IMG/VR virus record: IMGVR_UViG_3300047321_000170
Coordinates: 1 to 64,000 of that record
DNA from: a virus
Direction: 5' to 3' (one strand)
Length of the DNA stretch: 64,000 nucleotides
This document shows positions 10,201-18,814 of the stretch, piece by piece; the first letter of the stretch is position 1, and every line of letters starts with the position of its first letter. Made by a program: the position numbers and the translations under genes. The notes under the pieces were generated by a model that saw only the letters and a list, made by a program, of their open reading frames with translations, searched no databases and was not told the DNA's origin.

Positions 10201-10250
10201 GCGGTGGCACCACGAAGCAACTGATCAAGCAAGTAGCGATGGGACAATAA
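4239..10250 (+). CDS. Tape measure protein with internal lytic transglycosylase (SLT) domain
   Basis: 2003 aa, Ala/Gln-rich helical; TMP core; SLT motifs AES..GAMGIAQ..ALAGYNWG..ETRDY. Confidence 0.93.
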   Translation: MANQEQVKNFEVGLGLTEDTLRQYSQLKDVLGVIYGQLTKVKQAAAEIQIGGVGARGPNDPALSQQLAALQAELRTLLTSIRSGGPNAQLNSAILSGQQQQKQFSDGRLDLESARIANAQAERRVMLAKQENIAAEARRQYATEEIGLTREIEQVTLRVAAAQKQLTQARLQEDTIAEGASKRAIRDSQLRMQQLREELELRERGARVRLGNTLDNGNDASGAQAQLKAVQDARAALSDSIRNAAGAIRTAENEANRTIAQKTAPVSTAHSAAIREDRTRDYQNELATAQVGPPVDLYYKELQRQAREREAAAEKAQAEERAAFARIQSQIRPAQVEDRRRQQEAEALAAQIGPPTDLFYKELQRKSRELTAAAEKAKQLEQAEFNRQQNQIRPAQIEDRRRQAEAEQMAAEIGPPVELFYAELQKRVKELEAARRKAEQEMQKQQEEFNKAGAKYGPDRTQLLKLRDAQMAKEQQQQESNSDIRQRRHDLTLGDGGASIAMTQAALTTNYFVTQGIVQAFKSAIQFTVEYEEALAHLKTIAGATEGQMATLQSTVESVSNVTRYGAVDLTKAAAALSETGVTVSQMGVALKGVADLATATGEDFNKTVDTVTGALGAFKLSATDTVDITNMIAQAVNSSRLTMDKLKTSIETAGETASEAGVSFKEMLAANVAITNTGTASGATLGGGLRSLLTDLEKPSDKFKATLERVGLTEDDINVKTQGLYGAMSNLHDAGFDAADAMQSFDARAASAYTSLSGNLAAFAEFETSLNSTDAAARANADQMKTLGAQYDRFKNQTSLLVGEGFKPLLDGFKDVVSFAADAETSIRSMSFAVEATGTILGGATIALGTQYVGKLGGGLLGLATGGFAAAEGMAAVGATMGLWIGVAAAAAAGIAFLVNRLTDSKKAFEEQQTAVNTAKDTLTESKQAYDSIGTTIVTLTDKMDALNKHPEMLKREIDDVGKQFEKYGEQLDKSAIQKTEDLIKVLKDLHDQMGQKYELNTVRYGQQLDLLTVQAQQQVQDTNSKFGRNAFNGPSDKIERARSSKNTEYVEGVVGGLNGDDSQYNVLPNGQRSSGYADLGAGLNAPNLASFVKLLGDVGVKDLDKVTSGFKAALDPNATADVGNDPQKAQAYLNLLGQANTGLTAAQIKLGEQRNATGTDDATKQRIDALVQIFANAGDQLKKSVEAGQTLAGNLSQRKVTEADVANIQYENNNPGALARRTEIEKVIQRSVALRTAGLGSSRGIDDLWAAQINAESRGQQFDANGRTLTSSKGAMGIAQVRLSTGPEAARLAGETWDENKFRNDAGYNEKLGKAYMSHMLDLYGGNNTLALAGYNWGQGNVNNLLKKKNPDGTTNDFRVLSNNLTESDFIDKLPKETRDYIARIGGSGAGNLGRFDRLNSSIPVASQVRDLNDLVQSLTAQREASKGNAPEVASIEKQLTAAKTELAAWEKKFDEARVSAAPALKKASAADEAALNARVKALDAQIGNSRNIDEVQAIGKQADDTIAAVYGRKIDTLRAISPKVKTADGTLDYTAEVRQQIESLQNERDEKIKAQDEAIKKHIESIKDALDKAELKKNLEAEAQQFKDEMSDLKQRQQIESTAHSTGLKQAAQPFKNDQAEASYMSDPRYSARFSQVQRTALSFQTAADSDRKDQATLAEDRRHQLQLQAEEEQAKAAFSRTGSKLTDRQDALSKSTDDKEQARIQQQINQLLDEQRTQEEKVTAASDKRKKNAEAILELEEKISSKDASPMGLMEGINAANANFLQQHDLMANAIDGYNSLLGTATNSFEQFFDSIATGSRSAGQAIGDFARSFLKAMLQILEQQAALAAVKAIISAFGGAFGSSGQAAGTTSGVNSYGFTMPTGSIQGGSVGSTGLVTRGGGFTRFAAGGSVNGPITTRDSVNALLKPGEYVLNSDATDMVGTDFLDGLNSKGNRMISKSTPAPLPKRDAKPSFTNVWVVAPDQKPQMGPSDVVAIMSDDIMRGGTTKQLIKQVAMGQ
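5050..5560 (+). repeat. Three 183-nt (61-aa) tandem repeats inside the tape measure gene
   Basis: GPP(V/T)(D/E)L(Y/F)YxELQ recurs at 5112, 5295 and 5478. Confidence 0.85.
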
Positions 10251-10646
10251 ATGACCGCAACACTCCCGATCTTTGAATTCCCGAACCACATGGTTAGGGA
10301 GACTTACCCGGACCCTGGCACGTCGCTTCAGCTCGGGAACTCGTATCGCTTCGCGACTCCTCCGACCTCGCCCGATCAGCGTGTCTTCACCTTGAGCTTC
10401 CAGACCATCTGGCGTGGAATCAAAGCTGATGGAACGATGGATGCTGACACGTTCTACGACAACAACGCGACGCGTCTACTCCAGTTCTACGAGGCACATA
10501 AGCTGCACAAGACCTTCCAGTACAAGCACAACTGGCTGGGCATGCTGAACGTGCGTTTCAACAAGCCTCTTGAGCTGCCCAACCCCATCAAGGGTGGGGA
10601 CGGATGGACTGAGGACTTCAGCATCGAATTTATTGAAATGCCATGA
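10251..10646 (+). CDS. Distal/minor tail protein (lambda gpM-like)
   Basis: Directly after TMP; FYEAH..HKTF and terminal F.IEFIE pattern. Confidence 0.7.
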   Translation: MTATLPIFEFPNHMVRETYPDPGTSLQLGNSYRFATPPTSPDQRVFTLSFQTIWRGIKADGTMDADTFYDNNATRLLQFYEAHKLHKTFQYKHNWLGMLNVRFNKPLELPNPIKGGDGWTEDFSIEFIEMP

Positions 10647-11137
10647 TCGACAACCTACCAGCCTCCCACATCGCTGAGGCGTACGAGCTTGATGCCGACG
10701 CCAAGGTTGACCTCTTCAAGATCTCTCTAAACCAACTGGCCGGAAGCACGATCGTCGGCATGACAGCGAGAAAAGACGTGGTCTGGCAAGGCATGACCTT
10801 CGAGTCAATCCCGATCTCCCTCTCTGGTGAAGGCGTCAACACGACCGGGGAATGGAAACGGCCAAAGCTCTCCATCGCCAACCCTGACGGAATCTGGTCA
10901 GCCTTCATTGCCCAGGGGAAGATGGACGGAGCGCAAATCACGCGTTACCGAGTGTCGCTCAACGACCTCAACGCCAACGCAGCGATCTATCAGATGAACA
11001 TCTGGCGGGTCTCGAAACCGCTGTCCGTGAACAAGCAGCTGGCTGTATTCGAGTTGCGATCACCCCTCGATGGTCAGCAGTTCCTGCTGCCTGGTCGAGC
11101 CTTCTACCCACCGGAGTACCCCCATGTCTCTCTATGA
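10643..11137 (+). CDS. Minor tail protein (lambda gpL-like)
   Basis: VVWQG..F..IPI..G, RPKLSIAN and FELRSPLD..LPGR motifs. Confidence 0.8.
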   Translation: MIDNLPASHIAEAYELDADAKVDLFKISLNQLAGSTIVGMTARKDVVWQGMTFESIPISLSGEGVNTTGEWKRPKLSIANPDGIWSAFIAQGKMDGAQITRYRVSLNDLNANAAIYQMNIWRVSKPLSVNKQLAVFELRSPLDGQQFLLPGRAFYPPEYPHVSL

Positions 11138-11642
11138 CAAGTTCACAAAAGGCTACGAGGACATCCCGTATGTGGTCGGCAAGGACGATTGCTACGGTAT
11201 CGTGCGCCGATGGATGAGGGACAAGTTCGACCTGAACTTGACAAACTATGCCCGCCCGTTCGGCTGGGACGACCAAGGCTTCAACCTGCTGACCGACTTC
11301 TTCAACCGCGAGGGTTTTCAGATTGTCAGCGTTCCGTTCAACAGGCTGGAGATCGGTGATCTTCTGCTGATGCGCCTGGCCAATCGTAGCGGTCATCCAA
11401 ACCACATCGGGATCTATGTCGGCAACGGGTATCTGCTACACCACCTATTCGCGGCGAAGTCCAAAGCAGATCCGCTGACCAAGCAATGGACCTCGCGCGT
11501 CATAGATGTCATCCGGCATCCGGACGTGACTGAGAAGAACAAAGAGTTGATCGAGAAAGTCGATCTGATGAATTTCCTGCCCCCGCACTTGAAGGCACGT
11601 TATGAACGAATTGCTGCTGGCACACTGGAATCCGAACGTTGA
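11124..11642 (+). CDS. NlpC/P60 tail assembly protein (gpK C-terminal half)
   Basis: DCYGIVR and NHIGIYVGNG.LLHH catalytic motifs. Confidence 0.88.
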   Translation: MSLYDKFTKGYEDIPYVVGKDDCYGIVRRWMRDKFDLNLTNYARPFGWDDQGFNLLTDFFNREGFQIVSVPFNRLEIGDLLLMRLANRSGHPNHIGIYVGNGYLLHHLFAAKSKADPLTKQWTSRVIDVIRHPDVTEKNKELIEKVDLMNFLPPHLKARYERIAAGTLESER

Positions 11643-11961
11643 GCGTTGTGGATTCGTGCTTAATGACGACACCATCGTTGAGTGTCCTAACGTTCACGAG
11701 AACCCCGAGAAATTCTTTGAAATCAGCCTAGAGTCCATCGGACAATACCGGGACCGCGTGGTGGCCACATGGCACACGCACCCTATGACCGGGCCGAATC
11801 TGACGGCTGAGGACTACCGAGCATTCCAGGGATACCCCGAGTGGTTTCACTACATCGTTAGCGAACGCGAGGTCTGGTGCTATTACGTCCGCAACAAGGC
11901 GGTGATTCTCGTCGATGAAAACGATCTATCTGCATGGCTCCCTGACGGAGCGACACCCTGA
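11602..11961 (+). CDS. JAB/MPN (Mov34) metalloprotease-domain protein (gpK N-terminal half)
   Basis: ERCGFV ... WHTHP ... ED JAMM motif. Confidence 0.85.
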   Translation: MNELLLAHWNPNVERCGFVLNDDTIVECPNVHENPEKFFEISLESIGQYRDRVVATWHTHPMTGPNLTAEDYRAFQGYPEWFHYIVSEREVWCYYVRNKAVILVDENDLSAWLPDGATP

Positions 11962-12556
11962 ACCGATCCGCGTCCACGCAACCTCGGTCGCGGAGGCTCT
12001 GACGTACCTGAAGCAGCTCCCCAGCTTCGACGTGGAGAACCCCGTTCCGATCAAGGTGAAAGGCTTTGAATGCCGGGACGCGATCTTCGCCCCGACCGAC
12101 GAGACAGAACTGCACGTCTACCCCGCGCTCTCCGGCGCGGGCGGCAATGGCGGTCTGCTTCAGACGATCATCGGGGCGGTGATTTTCGTCGTTGGTATCG
12201 TCGTGGGCGTGCTCACTTCGTGGACGGGTATCGGCGGCTACGCCGGCTTCGGCATGGCGATGTCGGGCGCCATGATGATGCTCGGCGGCATTCTCGCCAT
12301 GCTTGCGCCAACCCCAAAGGCTGGTAACGCCGGTAGTCAGTCGCTATACATACCTTCGAACCAGAACACGACGAAGATCGGCACCCGAATACCTCTCCTG
12401 TATGGGCGAATCCGGCACTTCGGGCACTACCTGTCATTCAACGTTGACGCGCGCAGGCTCGACGACAGCAAGATGAACCTCGCCGGCTACTGCTCCGGCA
12501 AGACCGACTCGAACGGCATCCGCTATTCCTACGGCACCACTTGCCTGATCGCCTGA
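11915..12556 (+). CDS. Tail assembly protein (lambda gpI-like)
   Basis: Ubiquitin-like N-terminus, Gly-rich hydrophobic middle, NTT..G..IPLLYG motif. Confidence 0.85.
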   Translation: MKTIYLHGSLTERHPEPIRVHATSVAEALTYLKQLPSFDVENPVPIKVKGFECRDAIFAPTDETELHVYPALSGAGGNGGLLQTIIGAVIFVVGIVVGVLTSWTGIGGYAGFGMAMSGAMMMLGGILAMLAPTPKAGNAGSQSLYIPSNQNTTKIGTRIPLLYGRIRHFGHYLSFNVDARRLDDSKMNLAGYCSGKTDSNGIRYSYGTTCLIA

Positions 12557-15500
12557 TGAAACTCGACAAGGACACCCAGGGTATGCGCGGCGCAGGCGGC
12601 GGCTCAAGCGGGCCGCACCGCACCGACGACAACCTCTTCTCGCGAGACGTTGTCGAGATGGTGCTCGCGCTCGGCGAAGGCCCGATCCGCGGCCTCACGA
12701 ACGGCATGAAGTCGTTTTATGTCGGCGGTACGCCGCTTCAATCCGACGATGGCTCGGTCAACTTCGAGTCTTTCAACCTCGGTGTCATGCGCGGCCACGT
12801 TGGTGATCCGCCTGTCAACTATCAACTCGGTGGCGAGACCTCGAACACCGCAGTCGGAGTGCGTCTGTTCCAGGGAACGTGGGTCACGCGTCAGACCGAC
12901 AGCTCACTGGTCAATGTCGTCGATCAGCTTCAGGTCCGGATACAGTTCTCCCAGCTGTACGTGCAGAACAACGATGGCTCGTACAACAACACGGCGCGGT
13001 TCGACATCCAGTATCGTCAGTCGTCGAGCAACGGCGCGTGGACTGCGTACAGCGGGAATACGATCGCTGTGACTGGGAAGACCTCGTCAGGTTACGTGGT
13101 GGATTACTGCTGGGATGTCCCGCGTGTCAATGACACCTGGGATATTCGCGTTCGTAAGCTGAACCCGGATAGCTCGAACACCGACTTCTGTGACTTGAGC
13201 TGGGAAAGCTACCAGATGGTCACGAAGGGAAACCGGACGTATGACCGCGTGGCGCTCATGCACCTGGTGGCTCTCGCCACCAGCCAGTTCACGTCTATCC
13301 CCGACTTCGGCGTTGAGGTGGACGGGCTTGAGATCCTGATCCCTACGAACTACAACGGCGACACGCACACGTATGACCTGTCGGTCCCGACCTGGGATGG
13401 CTCTTTCAAACAGGCCTGGTCCAACAACCCAGCCTGGATCTTGTATGACCTCTTGATGAACACGAACTACGGGTTGAGGAAATACTACCCGTGGTTGACT
13501 TGCAACCGCTTTGACTTTTACGACGCGGCCCAGTGGTGCGACACGCCCGTCCCGAACGGCAAGGGAGGCGTGCAGCCTCGTTACACCTTCAACATGGCGA
13601 TCAAGGACTCGCAGTCTGGTCTCGACATGTTGCAATACGTCGCTGGAACCTTTGGTGCGGTCATTTTCGATGACGCGACGGGTATGGTCCATCTGCGCGT
13701 GGACAAGTGGGAAGAGCCTCAATTGCTTTTCAGTCCGGAGAACGTGACGCCTGAAGGCTTCACGTACACGTACACTGACATGGCAACCCGGTACAACGAC
13801 TTCGAGGTCAACTTCGTCAACCCGGATCTCGACTGGCAGCAGGACATGCGCCCAGCCAAAGATCCTGATCACATCGCCCTCAACGGTCACATCCCGACAA
13901 CCTTCGATGCCATCGGCTGCACCGACGAGCATGAAGCGCTCCGGCGTGCGTACTATCGTCTGATCACGGCGACGACCGAGTGCGCGACGGTCACCTTCAC
14001 GGTCGCCCGCCTTGGTGCGATCGTTGACCCCTACCGGCCGATCGCTGTCGCGGACCCCTCTTCTGGCTTCTCGATGCCGGGTCGAGTCAAGTCGATCTAC
14101 AACGGCGTGATCTACCTGCGAGACGCAATCTATTTCACGGCAGTCCAGAACTACACGCTCAAACTGCAAACGCGCAGCGGTCTCGCACCGCTCGTGGTGC
14201 GCCCGTCTGCTGTAGGCGCGGCGTATCAGCTCACGATCGTCTCCGGTGTCGTACCGCCGAATGACGTGCCAGACCGCACGGTCTTCACCATCGAAGACAA
14301 CGGCGGCTTTGGTATCGCAAAGCCGTTTCGGGCCATCGCTGTCGAGCCGGTCGACAACAACCCGAATTCGTACAAGATCACTGCGGTCGAGATCAACATC
14401 AACAAGCAGTGGGCAGCGGACAACTGCGTGCCGATCGGCAGCGTGCCCTACTCGTTCAAGAACCCGCTGATCCCGCCACCGCCGACAAACATGGTGCTTG
14501 CCTCTGGCACCAATGAGATAATCATTGGGCAGGACGGGTCGATCATGGCTCGGATCTTCGCTTCGTGGGACGCCCCCGGCAGTGCGATGATCGACCACTA
14601 TGACGTGGCGTGGAAACCCTCGAACCAATCGACGTGGACCTACACGACCAGCTCGGGAGAGAGCATCTTCCTCGCGCCGTGTATCACGGGCGTGCTCTAC
14701 GACATCACAGTCTGGGCGGTCAATGCCTTCGGCAACCGCAGCGCACAGCTGTCCGTGTGGGGCTATAAGTGCGTCGGCAAGGACGATCCGCCGAGCAACG
14801 TCACAAACTTCACGATCCAGCGCCGCCAGAACGACATCCTACTGAAGTGGGACGCGATCAAGGACCTCGACCGTGCTGGCTACGAGATCCGCCTTGGCAC
14901 GAGCTGGGAGACGGCCATGCCGCTGGTCACCGACTACCAGGCGACGCAGTTCGCATGGACCACCGACACGGGTGGCATCTATACGTTCCTGATCCGCGCG
15001 ATCGACACGAGCGGCAACTTTTCGCAGCTGGCCACCAAGCAGACCATCAACCTGCAAGGCCCCTCGCCCGTTAAAGGCGTGATCGCCATTCAGTCGGGCA
15101 ACCGCATTGAGTTCCGCTGGAACCCGAATCCGGAAAACAACATCCTCAGCTACGAGATCCGCGAAGGGGACACCTGGGCCACCGCGGTGTTCGTCGCGCA
15201 GACGAAGGCGACCTCGTTCGGGCTGACGGCGGGCGCGGCCGGCACGCGCAAGTTCTGGATCAAGGCCATCGGCTCGCCGGGGATCTATTCGGACAAGGCG
15301 ACCTTCGTCACGACCGATGTGGCGCAGAGCGACAGCACGAACATCATCTACACGAGCGACGAGCTGGTCAATGGCTTCCAGGGCACGCGCTACAACATGA
15401 TCCCGTACGGCAACACGTTGCGGATGGATGATGGGAAGGCCAAGGCCGAGTACATCTTCAGCGTCAACCTGCCGACCGACTTCCGCGCGCAGAACACGCT

Positions 15501-16158
15501 GTTCGTCGGGCTTGATGCGATCGTAGACTTCACCACGAAGTGGTCTGAGGCCACCTTCCCGTGGAACGATCCGAAAGCTCAAGGTCCGTGGGCCGCACAA
15601 GGCGACATCTCGTCGATCAACTACCTGGCCGAGATCGCGATGCTCCGCACGTTGAGCGACGACATGCTGTATTCGTGGAAGCTCGACAACAACCTGACCT
15701 ACTCCGGCCCCGGTGAAGACGGCGCGATCATGGAGGAGCAGAACGTCAGCTACAAACCTGGCAAGTACGGTTCGGGCCTGTTCGTGCAAACGCCCCCGCT
15801 TCAACCGACGCCGACACGCGTCACGTTCAGCACGAACATCCCGAACAACTTCAGTACGCGCCAGTGGATCGTCCCCTACGACTTGCTCGATGACACCTGG
15901 TTCAGCTGCTGCGGTCGCAACGGGCGCCAGATCACCGTTGGCTATCAGGCATCAATTCAGAGCGTCTACGCAATCGATGACGAGGGCGCGAAGATCTCCA
16001 TTCCGATCGGGCTTGAAATCGGAGAGCGCTACTTCGTCGCGCTGACTCAGGACACGACCACACGCACGTTGTTCATCGGTAAGGAAGACGGCTCGACGTA
16101 CAGCGGCACGATCAATGTAGGCGGCATCGGCGCAACCATCAACTACGCACTCTATTGA
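12556..16158 (+). CDS. Tail tip/host-specificity protein (lambda gpJ-like)
   Basis: LGEGPI.GL, WSNNPAWILYDLL and PRYTFN motifs; FN3-like repeats. Confidence 0.92.
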   Translation: MKLDKDTQGMRGAGGGSSGPHRTDDNLFSRDVVEMVLALGEGPIRGLTNGMKSFYVGGTPLQSDDGSVNFESFNLGVMRGHVGDPPVNYQLGGETSNTAVGVRLFQGTWVTRQTDSSLVNVVDQLQVRIQFSQLYVQNNDGSYNNTARFDIQYRQSSSNGAWTAYSGNTIAVTGKTSSGYVVDYCWDVPRVNDTWDIRVRKLNPDSSNTDFCDLSWESYQMVTKGNRTYDRVALMHLVALATSQFTSIPDFGVEVDGLEILIPTNYNGDTHTYDLSVPTWDGSFKQAWSNNPAWILYDLLMNTNYGLRKYYPWLTCNRFDFYDAAQWCDTPVPNGKGGVQPRYTFNMAIKDSQSGLDMLQYVAGTFGAVIFDDATGMVHLRVDKWEEPQLLFSPENVTPEGFTYTYTDMATRYNDFEVNFVNPDLDWQQDMRPAKDPDHIALNGHIPTTFDAIGCTDEHEALRRAYYRLITATTECATVTFTVARLGAIVDPYRPIAVADPSSGFSMPGRVKSIYNGVIYLRDAIYFTAVQNYTLKLQTRSGLAPLVVRPSAVGAAYQLTIVSGVVPPNDVPDRTVFTIEDNGGFGIAKPFRAIAVEPVDNNPNSYKITAVEININKQWAADNCVPIGSVPYSFKNPLIPPPPTNMVLASGTNEIIIGQDGSIMARIFASWDAPGSAMIDHYDVAWKPSNQSTWTYTTSSGESIFLAPCITGVLYDITVWAVNAFGNRSAQLSVWGYKCVGKDDPPSNVTNFTIQRRQNDILLKWDAIKDLDRAGYEIRLGTSWETAMPLVTDYQATQFAWTTDTGGIYTFLIRAIDTSGNFSQLATKQTINLQGPSPVKGVIAIQSGNRIEFRWNPNPENNILSYEIREGDTWATAVFVAQTKATSFGLTAGAAGTRKFWIKAIGSPGIYSDKATFVTTDVAQSDSTNIIYTSDELVNGFQGTRYNMIPYGNTLRMDDGKAKAEYIFSVNLPTDFRAQNTLFVGLDAIVDFTTKWSEATFPWNDPKAQGPWAAQGDISSINYLAEIAMLRTLSDDMLYSWKLDNNLTYSGPGEDGAIMEEQNVSYKPGKYGSGLFVQTPPLQPTPTRVTFSTNIPNNFSTRQWIVPYDLLDDTWFSCCGRNGRQITVGYQASIQSVYAIDDEGAKISIPIGLEIGERYFVALTQDTTTRTLFIGKEDGSTYSGTINVGGIGATINYALY

Positions 16159-16159
16159 C

Positions 16160-16621
16160 ATGGCACACGTAATCTCTGACATCGGCGTGTCAACCAAGGT
16201 CTTGAGCGCCGACTACTTCTACAACGAGTTGATGTCCGACGCCCCTATCGGATACTCGCCTTTTCAACCGTTCGTGCAGGGCGACTATGACTATCAGTCT
16301 GCGTTGTTCCGCATCTCGATGCACTCGGAGAACGGCGACCGCGGTGTCATCAACAAGCTGAACGTTACGGTAGACGTGCCGGATATGTTCGACCGTGGCG
16401 ATCAGATCATCTCCGACACAAGCGGGCCGACCCGCATCTACTTCGCGCGTCCTTTCCACATCCCACCTGTCGTCGTAATCGCGGTGCAAAGCGCAAGCGA
16501 TCCGTGTGTCGCAAAGCTGTACGGTGCGCCGACCCGGCAGTACTTCGACATGATCCTCGAACGCGTATCCGACAAGGCGATCATCGACGGCGCCGCAACC
16601 TGGGCAGCTCACGCGTACTGA
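16160..16621 (+). CDS. Hypothetical tail-associated protein
   Basis: 153 aa beta-rich ORF directly after J. Confidence 0.6.
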   Translation: MAHVISDIGVSTKVLSADYFYNELMSDAPIGYSPFQPFVQGDYDYQSALFRISMHSENGDRGVINKLNVTVDVPDMFDRGDQIISDTSGPTRIYFARPFHIPPVVVIAVQSASDPCVAKLYGAPTRQYFDMILERVSDKAIIDGAATWAAHAY

Positions 16622-16628
16622 AACTCCT

Positions 16629-16656
16629 TTGGCGCACTGGCCTGCGTCGTTAAAAT
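16629..16656 (+). promoter_or_regulatory. Sigma70-like promoter of the fibre/rSAM unit
   Basis: TTGGCG-N16-TAAAAT preceded by AAACTCCT. Confidence 0.45.
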
Positions 16657-16682
16657 TCGGATAGCGAAAGGACACCACCACG

Positions 16683-18116
16683 ATGCAAGCATTTCAACAG
16701 ATACCAGACAGCCAGCGGATCTCCGATTCGCTCGCGCCACTGCTGGACAACGACCGCACCGCGCTGTCGCGCAATGCCGGTCAGGCCTACCCTACCTCGG
16801 GCCTGGTCGTCGGCATGCCGTTCTTCAACTCCACCGAGAAGAAGCTGTACCGACTCGACAGTCTGTCGCCGATCACCTGGACGCTGGAGATCGACTTCAA
16901 CCGCACCTTCGCCTACGCGGACGATTTAGCCGCGGTGGCCGCGAACGCCAATGGGCGCGTGTCGAAGGCAGGCGACATCATGACGGGCTATCTGACGCTC
17001 AACGGCGACCCCACCCAGTCTCTGCACGCGACCTCGAAGCGCTACGTGGACGCGCAGCGCGACGCTGCGATTGCGATCGCAAACCAGGCAGTGCAGCGCG
17101 GCGGCAGCACGATGACTGGTCCGCTGCTGCTCTCCGGTGACCCGACGCAGCCTGCCCAGGCCTCGACGAAGAACTACGCCGACTATCTCTACAGCGCGCT
17201 GAACAATGCGAAGCTGAACCGCAACGGCGACACGCTTGGAGAGGTCTACAACAACGGCTGGTATCGCTCCAACGGAAACGTGGGCTGGTACAGCCAGACA
17301 TACGGCGGCGGCATTTACATGGGCGATGGCTCCTACGTGCGCGTCTACGGGGGCAAGGGCTTCGCCACGGACACGCACACCCTCGAACAGGGCACGGGCG
17401 GCATCTGGACCGCCCGCTATGGCTGGTTGGAGAACTTCTTCGCGCGCGCAGATGCCAACGGCGCACTGACCTCTGTCGGTACGGTGAACAACGGCGGCGG
17501 CGTCATCGCGAACCCGGATGGTTACTACCTTCAGCAGTCGGGCCGTCAAGTCCAGCTAGTCAAGACCTACGTCAACTGCAACTGCAACTGCGCCTGCACA
17601 TGCTTCCCGGCTGGCACTCGAATCCTGCTGGCTGACCGTTCGTGGAAGAACGTCGAGGACATCGTCGTCGGCGATGTGCTCTGGACGCCGACAGGCCCGT
17701 ATCCCGTGCTGGAAATCGAGACGCCGCTGCTCGGCGACCGCGCGCTGGTCTCATTCGAAGATGGCTCCCTGACCTGGACCGACGACCATGCCTTCTGGTC
17801 GCGCTCGGGCGACCGCCAGGGCTTCAGCGTGTTCGACAAGGACTCGTTCATGAACGGTGTGGAGGCCGGCCTCGTCACCGGCCTGATCGACCACAACGAC
17901 ATGATGCAGCTGGATGACTTCACCGAAGTCGCGCATCTGCACGGATGGAAGCAGCAGCCGATCAATGTCGATCGCGAGGTCGATCCTGATACGCGCGTCT
18001 ATCTGCCAATCGTCGGCGGATGCCACATGATCATCGCTGAAGGCTATGTCGTCTCTGCGGGCATGAACGGCTTCGACTTCGATTACGACTCGTTTAACTG
18101 GGAGGGTCTGAAGTGA
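16683..18116 (+). CDS. Tail fibre with Cys-rich motif and C-terminal Hint autoprocessing domain
   Basis: GD.MTG.L.L.GDPT repeats; GWYRSNG..GWYSQTYGGGIYMGD (PilV/shufflon-like fibre block); NCNCNCACT followed by CFPAGTRILLAD..TDDH Hint motifs. Confidence 0.85.
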   Translation: MQAFQQIPDSQRISDSLAPLLDNDRTALSRNAGQAYPTSGLVVGMPFFNSTEKKLYRLDSLSPITWTLEIDFNRTFAYADDLAAVAANANGRVSKAGDIMTGYLTLNGDPTQSLHATSKRYVDAQRDAAIAIANQAVQRGGSTMTGPLLLSGDPTQPAQASTKNYADYLYSALNNAKLNRNGDTLGEVYNNGWYRSNGNVGWYSQTYGGGIYMGDGSYVRVYGGKGFATDTHTLEQGTGGIWTARYGWLENFFARADANGALTSVGTVNNGGGVIANPDGYYLQQSGRQVQLVKTYVNCNCNCACTCFPAGTRILLADRSWKNVEDIVVGDVLWTPTGPYPVLEIETPLLGDRALVSFEDGSLTWTDDHAFWSRSGDRQGFSVFDKDSFMNGVEAGLVTGLIDHNDMMQLDDFTEVAHLHGWKQQPINVDREVDPDTRVYLPIVGGCHMIIAEGYVVSAGMNGFDFDYDSFNWEGLK

Positions 18117-18814
18117 TCCTGCACAAGTCCCTAATCCCGTTCGACCTGGACGAGAACCAGCTGAAGGATATTGGCCCGATCGCTACGGTGATCGAGACGC
18201 CTACCGGCCTCGTGGTCAGCTCTAAGGAGCGCTCGCTCTACTGGCAATTTGATCTCAACAAGGTCGAGTTTGGACTGGATGTCCTGCACCTGGTGAAGAA
18301 CCGCTCCGGCCAGTACGTGCCTGTGTGGGGTAGCGACCTGCATGAGTCAAAAGACAGCTGGTCGGGCGCCATGTTCCGCAAGAACATCGACTCGTTCCAG
18401 CCGATCTGCATTATTGGCGTGTCGAAAGACAAGAAGAGCTTCACTGCCATCTTCTTTATCAGCACGCAGGAGCCGAACAACCTCGACACGCAGGAAGACG
18501 AGTCCGGTGAACCGGGGGACATGCTGCTCAAGCGAGTGATGCCAGAGCTGGCTCCGACGATCGACCGCTGGCATGCGAAGCACAAGCTGCTGAAAGACAC
18601 CAAGACGAACGACTCGCTCGCCGCACTCGAAGCTCAGGTGGATCTGCTGACGCAGTGGGTCGCCGCGCTGATCCCCGAAGAGTACCGCCAGAAACTCCTT
18701 GACGCTGGTGTGCTGACGCTGAAGGATACCGGGGTAGTTGTTGCTGATGTAGTTGCGTTCAAAAGCGCACTACGTGAGCGACAAAAAACCTACCTCACCA
18801 CCACAGCCCAATGA
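18113..18814 (+). CDS. Hypothetical protein coupled between the fibre and radical SAM genes
   Basis: GTGA/ATGA overlaps on both sides; helical C-terminus. Confidence 0.7.
   Translation: MILHKSLIPFDLDENQLKDIGPIATVIETPTGLVVSSKERSLYWQFDLNKVEFGLDVLHLVKNRSGQYVPVWGSDLHESKDSWSGAMFRKNIDSFQPICIIGVSKDKKSFTAIFFISTQEPNNLDTQEDESGEPGDMLLKRVMPELAPTIDRWHAKHKLLKDTKTNDSLAALEAQVDLLTQWVAALIPEEYRQKLLDAGVLTLKDTGVVVADVVAFKSALRERQKTYLTTTAQ

Noticed and set aside
17601-18116. Canonical splicing intein in the tail fibre
   Set aside because: No terminal His-Asn followed by Cys/Ser/Thr, no endonuclease, only a short tail after the domain
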